DNA from: an uncultured delta proteobacterium | GTDB lineage: Bacteria; Desulfobacterota; Desulfobacteria; Desulfobacterales; JAFDCJ01 | DNA length: 64,000 nucleotides | NCBI GenBank assembly: GCA_963769935.1 | Contig: CAVYNY010000010.1 | Span: forward strand, 608,001 to 672,000 | Direction of reading: 5' to 3' | Part shown: positions 32,980 to 42,047 of the stretch, in pieces | Position numbering within the stretch: the stretch's first letter is position 1 | How the letters are laid out: each line of letters opens with the position of its first letter | Notes under the pieces: model-generated | What the model saw: only the letters and a program-made list of their open reading frames with translations | Told to the model about the DNA's origin: nothing | Databases searched by the model: none | Made by a program: the position numbers and the translations under genes

Positions 32980-33327
32980 ATGAATAAGATTGAGCAACTC
33001 GAAAAGGAAAATATTCGCTTGGACATGCCCCGTTTTAAGCCCGGCGATACCGTTAAGGTCCATGTGAAAATAAAAGAAGGTGAAAAGGAGCGGATCCAGG
33101 CTTTTCAGGGCGTTGTGATCAGCAAGAAAAAGGGCTCGACGCATGGTACGTTTACCGTCCGTAAAGTATCTTACGGGATCGGCGTAGAACGTATTTTCCC
33201 GATGCATTCACCGGTCATCGACAGAATAGAGGTTATCACCAAAGGTCGGGTAAGACGCGCCAAAATCTACTATCTGCGCCAACTCAGGGGCAAAGCCGCC
33301 AGGATCAAGGAGAAGCGGTTCAATTAG
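32980..33327 (+). CDS. rplS: 50S ribosomal protein L19
   Basis: FKPGDTVKV...GVERIFP...[16 protein letters not shown]. Confidence 0.98.
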   Translation: MNKIEQLEKENIRLDMPRFKPGDTVKVHVKIKEGEKERIQAFQGVVISKKKGSTHGTFTVRKVSYGIGVERIFPMHSPVIDRIEVITKGRVRRAKIYYLRQLRGKAARIKEKRFN

Positions 33328-33333
33328 GTCAGG

Positions 33334-33936
33334 ATGGATTTGTGGCATTTTGAAAAAGAAGCCACCCGCAAGGGTTTCCGGGATATAGCGGGTATTGACG
33401 AGGCCGGCCGGGGTCCTCTGGCCGGCCCGGTTGTAGCAGCCGCGGTTATTCTGTCGGCCGCATTCGATGATTCCGAGGTTACCGACTCCAAAAAATTGAC
33501 GGCGTCCAAAAGGGCACGTCTGTATGAGCGGATTTATGCCCAGGCGGCGGCAGTGGGCATCGGCATAGTGGATCCGTCGGAAATAGATCGGATCAACATT
33601 TTGCAGGCTTCTTTGCTGGCCATGGCCATGGCGGTAAAAAACCTTGTCCCCCGTCCGGATTTTCTATTGATCGACGGCACCTTCCGAATCGCTTCCGACC
33701 TGCCCCAATTAGCCGTTATAAAAGGAGATGCTTTAAGCATCTCCATTGCTGCCGCTTCCATCATTGCCAAGGTCACCCGGGACCGTCTGATGCAGAACTA
33801 CCATCAATACTATCCGCAGTTTGATTTCCCGCAGCACAAAGGCTATCCGACCAAGGCCCATAAGGAGGCCATTCAAAAATTCGGCTGCTGCCCCATCCAC
33901 CGCAGGAGTTTTAGAGGCGTCAAGGAATACAGTTAA
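33334..33936 (+). CDS. rnhB: ribonuclease HII
   Basis: GIDEAGRGPLAGPV, DSKKL and AASIIAKV. Confidence 0.97.
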   Translation: MDLWHFEKEATRKGFRDIAGIDEAGRGPLAGPVVAAAVILSAAFDDSEVTDSKKLTASKRARLYERIYAQAAAVGIGIVDPSEIDRINILQASLLAMAMAVKNLVPRPDFLLIDGTFRIASDLPQLAVIKGDALSISIAAASIIAKVTRDRLMQNYHQYYPQFDFPQHKGYPTKAHKEAIQKFGCCPIHRRSFRGVKEYS

Positions 33937-34087
33937 ACCGGAAAATGCCTAAAATTGCGGTGTCGCTACACGCCATCTTTTTTATCAATTTAAAAAAGCT
34001 TGTTGCCTTTTAACTTAACGTGCTAAGGTTAATTAATTCGCCCTGCAATACAGCCTATTCAGGTTCTCATGGTTGGAACAATTTATT

Positions 34088-34459
34088 ATGCCGAGCAAAC
34101 CACAAAAATTTGGGGAACAGGGGGAATCTCTGGCCGCCTGGTACCTGAGAAAAAACGGCTATAAGATTATCGAACAGAATTACCGCAGCCGGTTGGGTGA
34201 GATTGATATCATCGCCAGAGACAAAAAGACAATCGTGTTTGTGGAAGTCAAGTCAAGGAGATCGGTTCGCTACGGCAGTCCCAAATGGGCGGTTACTCCC
34301 CAAAAACAGCGCAAGATATCAATGGTTGCACTTCACTATCTGAAGACTACCCGCCAAACGGACGCAAAAGCCAGGTTTGATGTGGTCGCCATCACTGCCA
34401 ACCGTGACGAGCCCCAGATTGAAATCGTAAAAAATGCCTTCGAACTCGCCTACCAATAA
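34088..34459 (+). CDS. YraN family (UPF0102) nuclease
   Basis: GEIDII...FVEVKSR...RFDVV. Confidence 0.92.
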   Translation: MPSKPQKFGEQGESLAAWYLRKNGYKIIEQNYRSRLGEIDIIARDKKTIVFVEVKSRRSVRYGSPKWAVTPQKQRKISMVALHYLKTTRQTDAKARFDVVAITANRDEPQIEIVKNAFELAYQ

Positions 34460-35306
34460 TCCGGGTACGCTTTATGTTGTCGCCACACCGATCGGCCATC
34501 ACGACGACATTACCATCAGGGCTTTGAAAGTCCTGGGTGAGGTCGATCTGGTTGCAGCCGAAGATACCCGCAAGACGCGCCGGTTCTTAACGCGGCACGG
34601 CATCAGCAACCGCCTGGTTTCCTATCATGAGCACAATGAGGCCGAACGCACACCGCAGCTGATCGCCAAACTCGAGTCAGGTGTATCGGTAGCCCTGGTC
34701 TGCAACGCCGGCACGCCGACGGTATCGGATCCGGGTTATCGTTTGGTTGAAGCCGCGGCCGGCAACAACCTGAACATAATTCCCGTGCCGGGCGCGTGCG
34801 CCGCCACCGCGGTCTTGAGCGTCGCCGGGATGCCGACGGACGCGTTCATTTTTACAGGATTTTTGACCAAAAAGCAAATCAAGCGGCGGCGGCAGCTGAA
34901 CGAACTTGCAAGTCAACCCCAAACGCTTATCTTTTATGAGTCGCCCAAACGCATCCTGGCGCTGCTAAATGAAATCATCGATGTCATGGGCGATCGCCAG
35001 GGCGTGCTGGGCAGAGAAGTCACCAAACTGCACGAAGAAATAATCCGCGGCCGATTGTCCGATATCGCCGAACGGCTGAAAGACCGCAGTGAAATCAAAG
35101 GCGAATGCACCCTGCTGGTCGCAGGCAGCGGCGGTGAAAAGCACGCGTCCTGGCAAAGTGTCAGGCAGCAGATAAAAGACCGGATCCAACAACAAGACCA
35201 TTCCCTATCGGCAATTGCCAGAGAAATTGCCGCCGCATCCGGCATTGCGAAAAACCGAATCTATGCCGAGGTGTTAAAAATTTCCAAGGAGCTTGAGAGT
35301 GGATAA
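34434..35306 (+). CDS. rsmI: 16S rRNA Cm1402 methyltransferase
   Basis: LYVVATPIG, AAEDTR, AGTPTVSDPG and FYESP. Confidence 0.95.
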   Translation: MPSNSPTNNPGTLYVVATPIGHHDDITIRALKVLGEVDLVAAEDTRKTRRFLTRHGISNRLVSYHEHNEAERTPQLIAKLESGVSVALVCNAGTPTVSDPGYRLVEAAAGNNLNIIPVPGACAATAVLSVAGMPTDAFIFTGFLTKKQIKRRRQLNELASQPQTLIFYESPKRILALLNEIIDVMGDRQGVLGREVTKLHEEIIRGRLSDIAERLKDRSEIKGECTLLVAGSGGEKHASWQSVRQQIKDRIQQQDHSLSAIAREIAAASGIAKNRIYAEVLKISKELESG

Positions 35307-37473
35307 TCTCGACGCAATCTTTTCCCCTCAATCCCTGGCTGTCATTGGGGCCTCAAATACCGCCGGGAAAGTGGGACACGACATCTTCGTCAACATATTG
35401 AAAGGCGGCTATCGGGGCACTCTGTATCCGGTAAACCCGAATGCCCGATCGGTCTCCAGCGTGAGAGCCTATCCGACCATTGCCGATATTCCGGACGATG
35501 TCGATCTGGCCATGATTATTCTGCCGCCCAAACCGGCGCTGGCGGCGATTAAAGAAGCCGTTGACAAAGGGATTAAAGGCGTGGTCATCGTTTCCGCCGG
35601 CTTTCGCGAAGTCGGCGGCGAAGGCCTTGAAATTGAAAACAACATTGTTGCATTATGCCGCGAAGCGGGAGTGCGGGTGGTCGGCCCCAATTGTCTGGGA
35701 GTCATCAATCCGCTGTCAAATGTCAGATTGAATGCCAGTTTTTCGACCCGCATGCCCAAAGCCGGCAATATTTCTTTCATTTCCCAAAGCGGTGCCTTGT
35801 GCACGGCCGTGCTGGATTTTGCCGCCGACCGGGACTTCGGATTCTCCAAATTTATTTCAATCGGCAACAAGGCGGATGTTGATGAACTTGACCTTTTGCG
35901 GTATTTTCACAAGGATAAAGATACCGAAGTCATCATGGTTTACCTGGAGGAGTTGCGGCGCGGACCGGAATTTATCGAAGCCGTCAAAGTGATTACTTCC
36001 GGCGATTTCCGCCCGACCCCGGTGCTGGTGATTAAATCCGGGCGCACCAGTGCCGGCGCCCGGGCGGCCGCATCCCATACCGGTGCGCTGGCCGGAACCG
36101 AGGGTGTTTATGATGCCATCTTCCGGCAGTCCGGCATCATCCGGGTCGACTCCATTGATGAACTGTTCGACTTTGCCACGGCCTTTGCATATAAAAATGA
36201 AAGCGCCCTGGGAAAATTACGCCGCAAGGTGCCCTCCGGCAATCGGGTTGCCATTGTGACCAATGCAGGGGGGCCGGGTATAGTCGCCACAGACATGACC
36301 GTATCCTCCGGATTGCAGCTGGCCAAATTTAACGAGGAAACCATTGAAGCGCTCGCCAGTCATCTTCCCAAAACCGCCAATCTGCAGAACCCGGTCGATG
36401 TCATCGGTGATGCCCCCACGGACCGCTATGAAAATGCCCTGGCGGCGGTCGTCAGAGACGAAGGGGTCGACGGCGCCCTGGTGATTTTAACGCCCCAATC
36501 CATGACCGACGTACTTGGAACCGCTGAGGCCATTTTTCGCATCGCCCGACGTTCCAGCAAACCCATTCTGTGCTGCTTTATGGGAATCATCGATGTGTCT
36601 TCCGGCGTAAGATACCTGCAGGAACACGGAATCCCGGTATTTAAATTTCCCGAAAACGCCGCTAAAGCCTTCGGCGCGCTCTACCAGTACTCCCGCTGGC
36701 TGAACCGGCAGCACCTGGCCCCTTTCGATCTGCACCATGACCGGCAGCGGGCCTCCCGCATTGTTCAGGATTGGCTGGATGCCGGAAAAACCCACATCGG
36801 CGAACTGGAGGGAATTGAACTGCTCAAATGCTATGGATTTAATGTACTGTCCAATGCCCTGGCCAAAAACGAAGCTGAAGCGGCTGCCATTGCCCATGAG
36901 ACGGGATTTCCGGTGGCACTTAAAATCGTTTCAGCACAGATTTTGCACAAATCGGATGCCGGAGGTGTCGTTCTGGGGCTTGAAAATCAGGACGATGTCA
37001 AAAAAGCATTTGCTGATATTATTAAGCGGGCCGCTGAATACAATCCGGAGGCCGAGATCGAAGGTGTGCTGGTACAAAAGATGGCGCCTGCCGGCAGTGA
37101 AGTCATTCTGGGTCTGAACCGCTATCCGATCTTCGGACCGTTGCTCATGGTGGGCATCGGCGGCATTTATGTCGAGGTTTTCCAGGATGTGGTATTTCGC
37201 CTGGCGCCTATCGGACGTAATGAAGCCCGCCGCATGGTTCGTGAAATCAAGGGCTACCGGTTATTTCAGGGCTTCCGCGGCCGGCCGGCGGCTGATGTGG
37301 AAATCATCGAAAAATCGCTGGTGAGCCTGTCGGACATGGCCGCCAACCACCCCGAAATTATGGAGCTGGACATCAACCCCCTGCTGGTGCATGCCCGGTG
37401 CCAGGGGGCGACTGCGGCCGACTGCCGCATTATCCTGAAAAAACCGGAAGACAAACACCAGACCGACAGATAG
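35299..37473 (+). CDS. acyl-CoA synthetase (NDP-forming), single-chain ACD family
   Basis: CoA-binding domain, SQSG, AAASHTG and ATP-grasp domain (HKSD, ELDINP); GTG start after AAGGAG. Confidence 0.9.
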   Translation: MDNLDAIFSPQSLAVIGASNTAGKVGHDIFVNILKGGYRGTLYPVNPNARSVSSVRAYPTIADIPDDVDLAMIILPPKPALAAIKEAVDKGIKGVVIVSAGFREVGGEGLEIENNIVALCREAGVRVVGPNCLGVINPLSNVRLNASFSTRMPKAGNISFISQSGALCTAVLDFAADRDFGFSKFISIGNKADVDELDLLRYFHKDKDTEVIMVYLEELRRGPEFIEAVKVITSGDFRPTPVLVIKSGRTSAGARAAASHTGALAGTEGVYDAIFRQSGIIRVDSIDELFDFATAFAYKNESALGKLRRKVPSGNRVAIVTNAGGPGIVATDMTVSSGLQLAKFNEETIEALASHLPKTANLQNPVDVIGDAPTDRYENALAAVVRDEGVDGALVILTPQSMTDVLGTAEAIFRIARRSSKPILCCFMGIIDVSSGVRYLQEHGIPVFKFPENAAKAFGALYQYSRWLNRQHLAPFDLHHDRQRASRIVQDWLDAGKTHIGELEGIELLKCYGFNVLSNALAKNEAEAAAIAHETGFPVALKIVSAQILHKSDAGGVVLGLENQDDVKKAFADIIKRAAEYNPEAEIEGVLVQKMAPAGSEVILGLNRYPIFGPLLMVGIGGIYVEVFQDVVFRLAPIGRNEARRMVREIKGYRLFQGFRGRPAADVEIIEKSLVSLSDMAANHPEIMELDINPLLVHARCQGATAADCRIILKKPEDKHQTDR

Positions 37474-37494
37474 TGCTGGGCAATGCCGCTGCGG

Positions 37495-37640
37495 ATTGAC
37501 GAATGACTAATGTCGAATGAAGGAATTCTATCTGTCTTAAAAAGTTATCAAAAGACCGAGCGGAGCGACTTCCACAATTAGCCAATATTCAATATTCAGT
37601 TTTCATTTGATTGAGCTATCAGCTATGAGCTATGAGCTTA
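37495..37640. repeat. dispersed intergenic element with heptamer repeats (copy 1)
   Basis: 27-bp aatgtcgaatgaaggaattctatctgt at 37509-37535 is identical to 55302-55328; both copies end in caatattcaat. Confidence 0.75.
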
Positions 37641-38236
37641 ACAATTACACATTCCGCAATCATACCCTTTGCCCTGTTATCCTAGCCGTGCCGCCGGAAG
37701 TGGCCGAGATTAAACCAAAAGACAGGGTCATATTTCTCAGCCGGCATGCCCGCAAGGCGCTGCAGCTATCCGCGGAAAAAAGCGGCGTCCGTCTCGATAA
37801 ATTGGTTAAAGATGAAAACGGCGTCCCCCAGCCATTCGACGGAACTTTCTGGTCCGTCACCCACAAAACACAGTATGTGGCCGGTGTGGCGGCACCGACC
37901 CCGACCGGTATTGATGTTGAGAGAATCCGCAGGTTTTCAGACGGCCTTTTTAAAAAGACCGCCGCCGACCGCGAATGGGCGCTGGCGGATATGGCCAAAG
38001 ACCCCGTGACGGCGTTTTTTCGCTACTGGACCGCCAAGGAAGCTGTGCTGAAAGCAACCGGAATCGGCATCAAAGATCTTCTAAAATGCCGGGTCCATCA
38101 AATCATCGATGATAATCATCTGCGCATCAGCTATGACGGACAGGATTGGCTGATCGAGCATTTCGTATTTGACCGGCACATGGCATCCATTGTGCAAAAT
38201 CGATATCGAATTGACTGGTCCGTGGAGAAGAGATGA
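37625..38236 (+). CDS. 4'-phosphopantetheinyl transferase (Sfp type)
   Basis: WSVTH, GIDVE and WTAKEAVLKATG; start is uncertain because it overlaps heptamer repeats. Confidence 0.88.
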   Translation: MSYELNNYTFRNHTLCPVILAVPPEVAEIKPKDRVIFLSRHARKALQLSAEKSGVRLDKLVKDENGVPQPFDGTFWSVTHKTQYVAGVAAPTPTGIDVERIRRFSDGLFKKTAADREWALADMAKDPVTAFFRYWTAKEAVLKATGIGIKDLLKCRVHQIIDDNHLRISYDGQDWLIEHFVFDRHMASIVQNRYRIDWSVEKR

Positions 38237-38256
38237 TAATACTGTCGTGCATGCAA

Positions 38257-38500
38257 AAAATCTCAAATCCCAAATCTCAAATTTCAAATAAATTACAATG
38301 ACCAAAATAAAAAATTCCAAACCGGATCCAATCTGTTTCAGTCACTGCTTCAGATAAATACGCGATCCTTATATGCGAAAACACGAACATTTTAAATCAC
38401 GAAAAAAACACAGCTGCATATTCGTGATTTAATCGGTTTCGGTCATTGATTATTGTAATTTGAGTTTTATTTGTAATTTGGTGCTTGGAATTTAGAATTT
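38257..38500. repeat. inverted heptamer-repeat element
   Basis: aaatctc/aaatccc tracts plus caatgacc on the left; ggtcattg plus atttg tracts on the right. A related half-copy lies at ~22030-22090. Confidence 0.7.
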
Positions 38501-39482
38501 ATACTTTTACCTCCAGGACCACTTTTCCGATATTGCGATTCTGCCGGACACAGGCGTGCGCCGCCTGCGCTTCTGCAATCGGAAAAACCTTGTCGATTAC
38601 CGGCCTGATCTTGCCCTCTTCCAGCAGCGGCCAGAAGCGTTCCTTAAATTTTTGGGTTATGAATATTTTTTGGGCCACCGGCCGTGCCCGCAGGCGGGTG
38701 CCGATAATTCGCAGGCTTTTTCCGAGTACAGCGCCCAGGTTTATTTCAGCCGTACTTCCGCCAAGCAAACCGATATTCACCAGCCGTCCATTAACCCTGA
38801 GAAGATTTAAATTTCGGGTAAGATACGCTGCTCCAACGGGGTCCAGGACGAGATCGACTCCCTGGCCATCGGTGACGCCCATGATTTCTTTTAAAAAGTC
38901 CTGCTCCTTGTAATTGACAGCCAGGCTGGCCCCCAGTTCGCGGCACTTATCCAATTTGGCAGCTGTACCTGCGGTAACATACACAGCCGCCCCGGCTTCG
39001 CGGGCCATTTGAATGCCGGCCGTACCGACCCCGCTGGCGCCGGCATGGAGCAACACCCTCTCGCCGGACTTGAGATCGCCTTCCAGGAAGAGATTGCTGA
39101 AGGCCGTCAGCCAGGCTTCCGGGATGGCGGCCCCTTCAGCGAACGACCAACTGTCCGGCAGTCTGACCAGCATTTGCGGGTGTACGGCCACCTGCTGGGC
39201 GTAGCCGCCGCCGGCCAGCAGCCCCAACACCCGATCACCGATCTGCCAGCCTTGTACCGCCTTGCCGACGGCTGCAACTACGCCGGCCATTTCCAGGCCT
39301 ATAATTTGCGACTCACCGGCCGGCGGCGGATATGATCCCATGGCCTGCAACAAATCTGCCCGGTTGACGGCGGTAGCCTTTATGTCAACCAGCACCTTTT
39401 CCTCACCATACGTAACATCCGGCACCGTCTCCCAGACCAGCGCCGGCTCTTTGTCCGATTTTTTTACCACGATGGCCTTCAT
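38499..39482 (-). CDS. NAD(P)H-quinone oxidoreductase (PIG3 type)
   Basis: VNRADL, YPPPAG, HAGASGVG and NIGKVVL. Confidence 0.92.
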   Translation of the reverse strand: MKAIVVKKSDKEPALVWETVPDVTYGEEKVLVDIKATAVNRADLLQAMGSYPPPAGESQIIGLEMAGVVAAVGKAVQGWQIGDRVLGLLAGGGYAQQVAVHPQMLVRLPDSWSFAEGAAIPEAWLTAFSNLFLEGDLKSGERVLLHAGASGVGTAGIQMAREAGAAVYVTAGTAAKLDKCRELGASLAVNYKEQDFLKEIMGVTDGQGVDLVLDPVGAAYLTRNLNLLRVNGRLVNIGLLGGSTAEINLGAVLGKSLRIIGTRLRARPVAQKIFITQKFKERFWPLLEEGKIRPVIDKVFPIAEAQAAHACVRQNRNIGKVVLEVKV

Positions 39483-39569
39483 AAACTGCCTCCCGTTCAA
39501 TTGAAATTAACTGCCGTTGAAACCTTTTTCAACTATGGTTTTATATAGTAATCAATTAAATTAAGACCT

Positions 39570-39830
39570 AAGCTACAGGGTGCAAGGTAGAAGACGGAAA
39601 GCAGAAGGTGAGAAGATAAGAAGCTAAGAGGCTGGGGGGCTGGAAGTCTAAAATGCTGGGAGTTTTGGGCTGTTCGCCTTCTTCCTTTTTCCTTAGGCCT
39701 TAAACCCCATACCTTTTTTTGTTATCCAGCATCCATCCAGCATCCAGTATCCAGTAACCCCTACCCCGCAACGCACAACCTGAAACTCGCAACCCGCACC
39801 CTGCAACGCGTAATCCGCAACCCGAATAAA
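39570..39830. repeat. array of degenerate 7/8-mer tandem repeats
   Basis: tccagca/tccagta and cgcaacc repeats; gaag-rich tracts mirrored by cctt-rich tracts. Confidence 0.7.
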
Positions 39831-39910
39831 CTCGCTGTTTTTTTTGACTTTTTTTAAGTTAAGTTATAATATGAACTTGTAATCAACGGTAATTTATATG
39901 GAGGGAAAGC

Positions 39911-41038
39911 ATGCACGTCCTCGGCATCGACATCGGTTTCGGTTTCACGAAGGCTACCAACGGGAAAGATACGATAATTTTCAAATCTCTTTTTGGAGAT
40001 GAGGCCGATATTCAATTCTGGGCAGATTTCGGCAAGGATACTCCCACGGACCACATTCATGTGACCATCGACGGCAAGTCATATTTCATCGGGGATCTGG
40101 CGGAGCAACAGTCAAGTGTTTTGCACTTTACGCTGGACCAGGAAAAATTGATTACTGAATTTGTTAAAATATTATCGTTGACGGTAGCCGGAATGTTTAT
40201 GAAAAAAGGCGCATCGATCAATGTCCCGCTCAATGTGGTTTCGGGCCTTCCCATCGGTTATTTCAAACAAAATCATGAGCGCTTCAATGAACTGCTGATG
40301 GGTCACCACACCATTACCTATCATTCCCAAGACGGCCGGGAAACCAATAAGGAAATTTATATCAACAAGGTCCGTATGCTGCCTCAACCCATGGGCAGCA
40401 TCTTGAATCTATTGATGGATGACGCAGGTAGGATAGTTGACAAAGATCTCGCCAACCAGAAAATCGGCGTGGTTGACATCGGATTTCGCACAACGGACTT
40501 TATCATATTGGATCGTCTGCGCTACATCGATCGCGGCAGCCGAACCATTGATTCCGGCATCTCGAAAGGTTTCAGCTTTATTGCAAACAAGCTGCGGGAA
40601 AAGGCCGGAGTCAGCGTGGAGCTTTACCGCCTGTATCGAGCGGCTGAGACAGGCTCTATCAAAATGCGAGGCCACGGATTTGGCTTTACGAAAGTCAGAG
40701 ATCAGGTTTACTCTCAGCTGGCTGCTACGATCGCCAACGAGATTGATCGTCTTTGGGCGGATGACTGGGATATAGATACCATCATTCTATCCGGCGGAGG
40801 ATGTAGAGAGCTTGCCCAATACCTGCAGCCTCTGATCACCGGCAATGTCTTGCCGGTCGACCTCAGCAAAGACCCGCGGCTCAACAATGTGCTGGGTTAT
40901 ATGAAGTACGGCCGTTACGTTTGGGGCGAAGCGGAGGAAGATTCCAAGCCCGAAGGGGCAGAATCCGAATCGCAATCTGAAGAAGCCAATCCGGAAGATA
41001 TCGAGTCCGTCCGCGAAGATGAACTGTCGGAGATGTGA
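39911..41038 (+). CDS. ParM/StbA-family actin-like ATPase
   Basis: GIDIGFGFTK (phosphate 1), SGLP, PQPMG, VDIGFRTTD (phosphate 2) and LSGGG (adenosine); acidic tail; GGAGG RBS. Confidence 0.88.
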   Translation: MHVLGIDIGFGFTKATNGKDTIIFKSLFGDEADIQFWADFGKDTPTDHIHVTIDGKSYFIGDLAEQQSSVLHFTLDQEKLITEFVKILSLTVAGMFMKKGASINVPLNVVSGLPIGYFKQNHERFNELLMGHHTITYHSQDGRETNKEIYINKVRMLPQPMGSILNLLMDDAGRIVDKDLANQKIGVVDIGFRTTDFIILDRLRYIDRGSRTIDSGISKGFSFIANKLREKAGVSVELYRLYRAAETGSIKMRGHGFGFTKVRDQVYSQLAATIANEIDRLWADDWDIDTIILSGGGCRELAQYLQPLITGNVLPVDLSKDPRLNNVLGYMKYGRYVWGEAEEDSKPEGAESESQSEEANPEDIESVREDELSEM

Positions 41039-41115
41039 GTTGCGGGGTGAGACACTTTCAGTGCCAGCTGATAGTTCATAGCCGATAGCTGATAGTCCAA
41101 AAGAATAGATCTTTT

Positions 41116-41796
41116 TTACATCAGAATAATTTTGTCGCCCTGCCGGCGCACCCGGAGTCCGTAGCTTGGCAGGGTTTTGACCAACGGACGACCGAATAAA
41201 AAATCGAGCATTTCGGGGTCCATTCCGCCTTTAGAAACGACCAGTTCGCGAATTTCGGCATCATAGCGGATGATTTCAGATAGCCTGCGCCGGGCATGTT
41301 CACTGTTGCCGCTTTGAAGATCTTTGATCAGATTGCGAATCTCTTCATAGTCGCAGTGTGCCTGATGATCCTTTATTAAATCCCACAACCCTGCAACTCC
41401 GGATATGAGATCCTGGCGGGTCAGGAGTTCGCCGGCGTATATTTCTTCAAGTTCCCGCGTGTCCCAGCATTTAAGGGCCCGGCATTCCAGCGGACGGTGG
41501 TCATAAATGGTGCAGGATTTTTCGGCTTCATTAAAAAAAACACAGCTCCAGGTATCCTCCCGGCCCTTGATCTTGATAATATCCGAATCCACCGGCCCCA
41601 GGCACCCCTGAACGTTGTCCCGGGCGATCTCACCCCGGCGGATGGTATATAAATATTTGGAGGGTATCCCGCCTTTTTCGATTAAAGCACGATCATCCCG
41701 ATGAAAGCCGGGCCCGCCCTTTTCACAGCAGGTGCCGCAGCGGGCACAGACGTTGGCAGCAAAACCGGTTGACGATTGCGGAGAATTTTCTGTCAT
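41116..41796 (-). CDS. YkgJ-family cysteine cluster protein
   Basis: CARCGTCC ... CTIYDHRPLECR. Confidence 0.88.
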   Translation of the reverse strand: MTENSPQSSTGFAANVCARCGTCCEKGGPGFHRDDRALIEKGGIPSKYLYTIRRGEIARDNVQGCLGPVDSDIIKIKGREDTWSCVFFNEAEKSCTIYDHRPLECRALKCWDTRELEEIYAGELLTRQDLISGVAGLWDLIKDHQAHCDYEEIRNLIKDLQSGNSEHARRRLSEIIRYDAEIRELVVSKGGMDPEMLDFLFGRPLVKTLPSYGLRVRRQGDKIILM

Positions 41797-42008
41797 ACGA
41801 GATGCACTATTTTAATTTCCGGCCATTTTTTCATGAAATATTCAGCCACCAGGCGTCGGCGGCATTTTTGAGGCTTTTCCTCGCTGCACAGCAGACAGCC
41901 CCCATCCAGCATCTTCCTGGGAATCGTTTCTTCTGCGTCTCTTTCCGCCAGCAAAGCGAGAAATTTTTCGGCTGTCTTTTTAGTAAAGCCGATGGTAAAT
42001 AGGGTCAT
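41793..42008 (-). pseudogene. DUF488-family protein with an internal in-frame deletion
   Basis: N-terminal LFTIGFTKKTAEKF is joined directly to the C-terminal CLLCSE.KP..C.RRLVAEY; only 71 aa. Confidence 0.7.
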
Positions 42009-42047
42009 AATTCGTCCGTCCCACTGTTTTCTTCATTTTTTTGAGCG

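Noticed and set aside
39570..39830. Repeats upstream of the ParM-like gene as a parC centromere
   Set aside because: The same repeat style occurs in many unrelated spacers, and no ParR is present.
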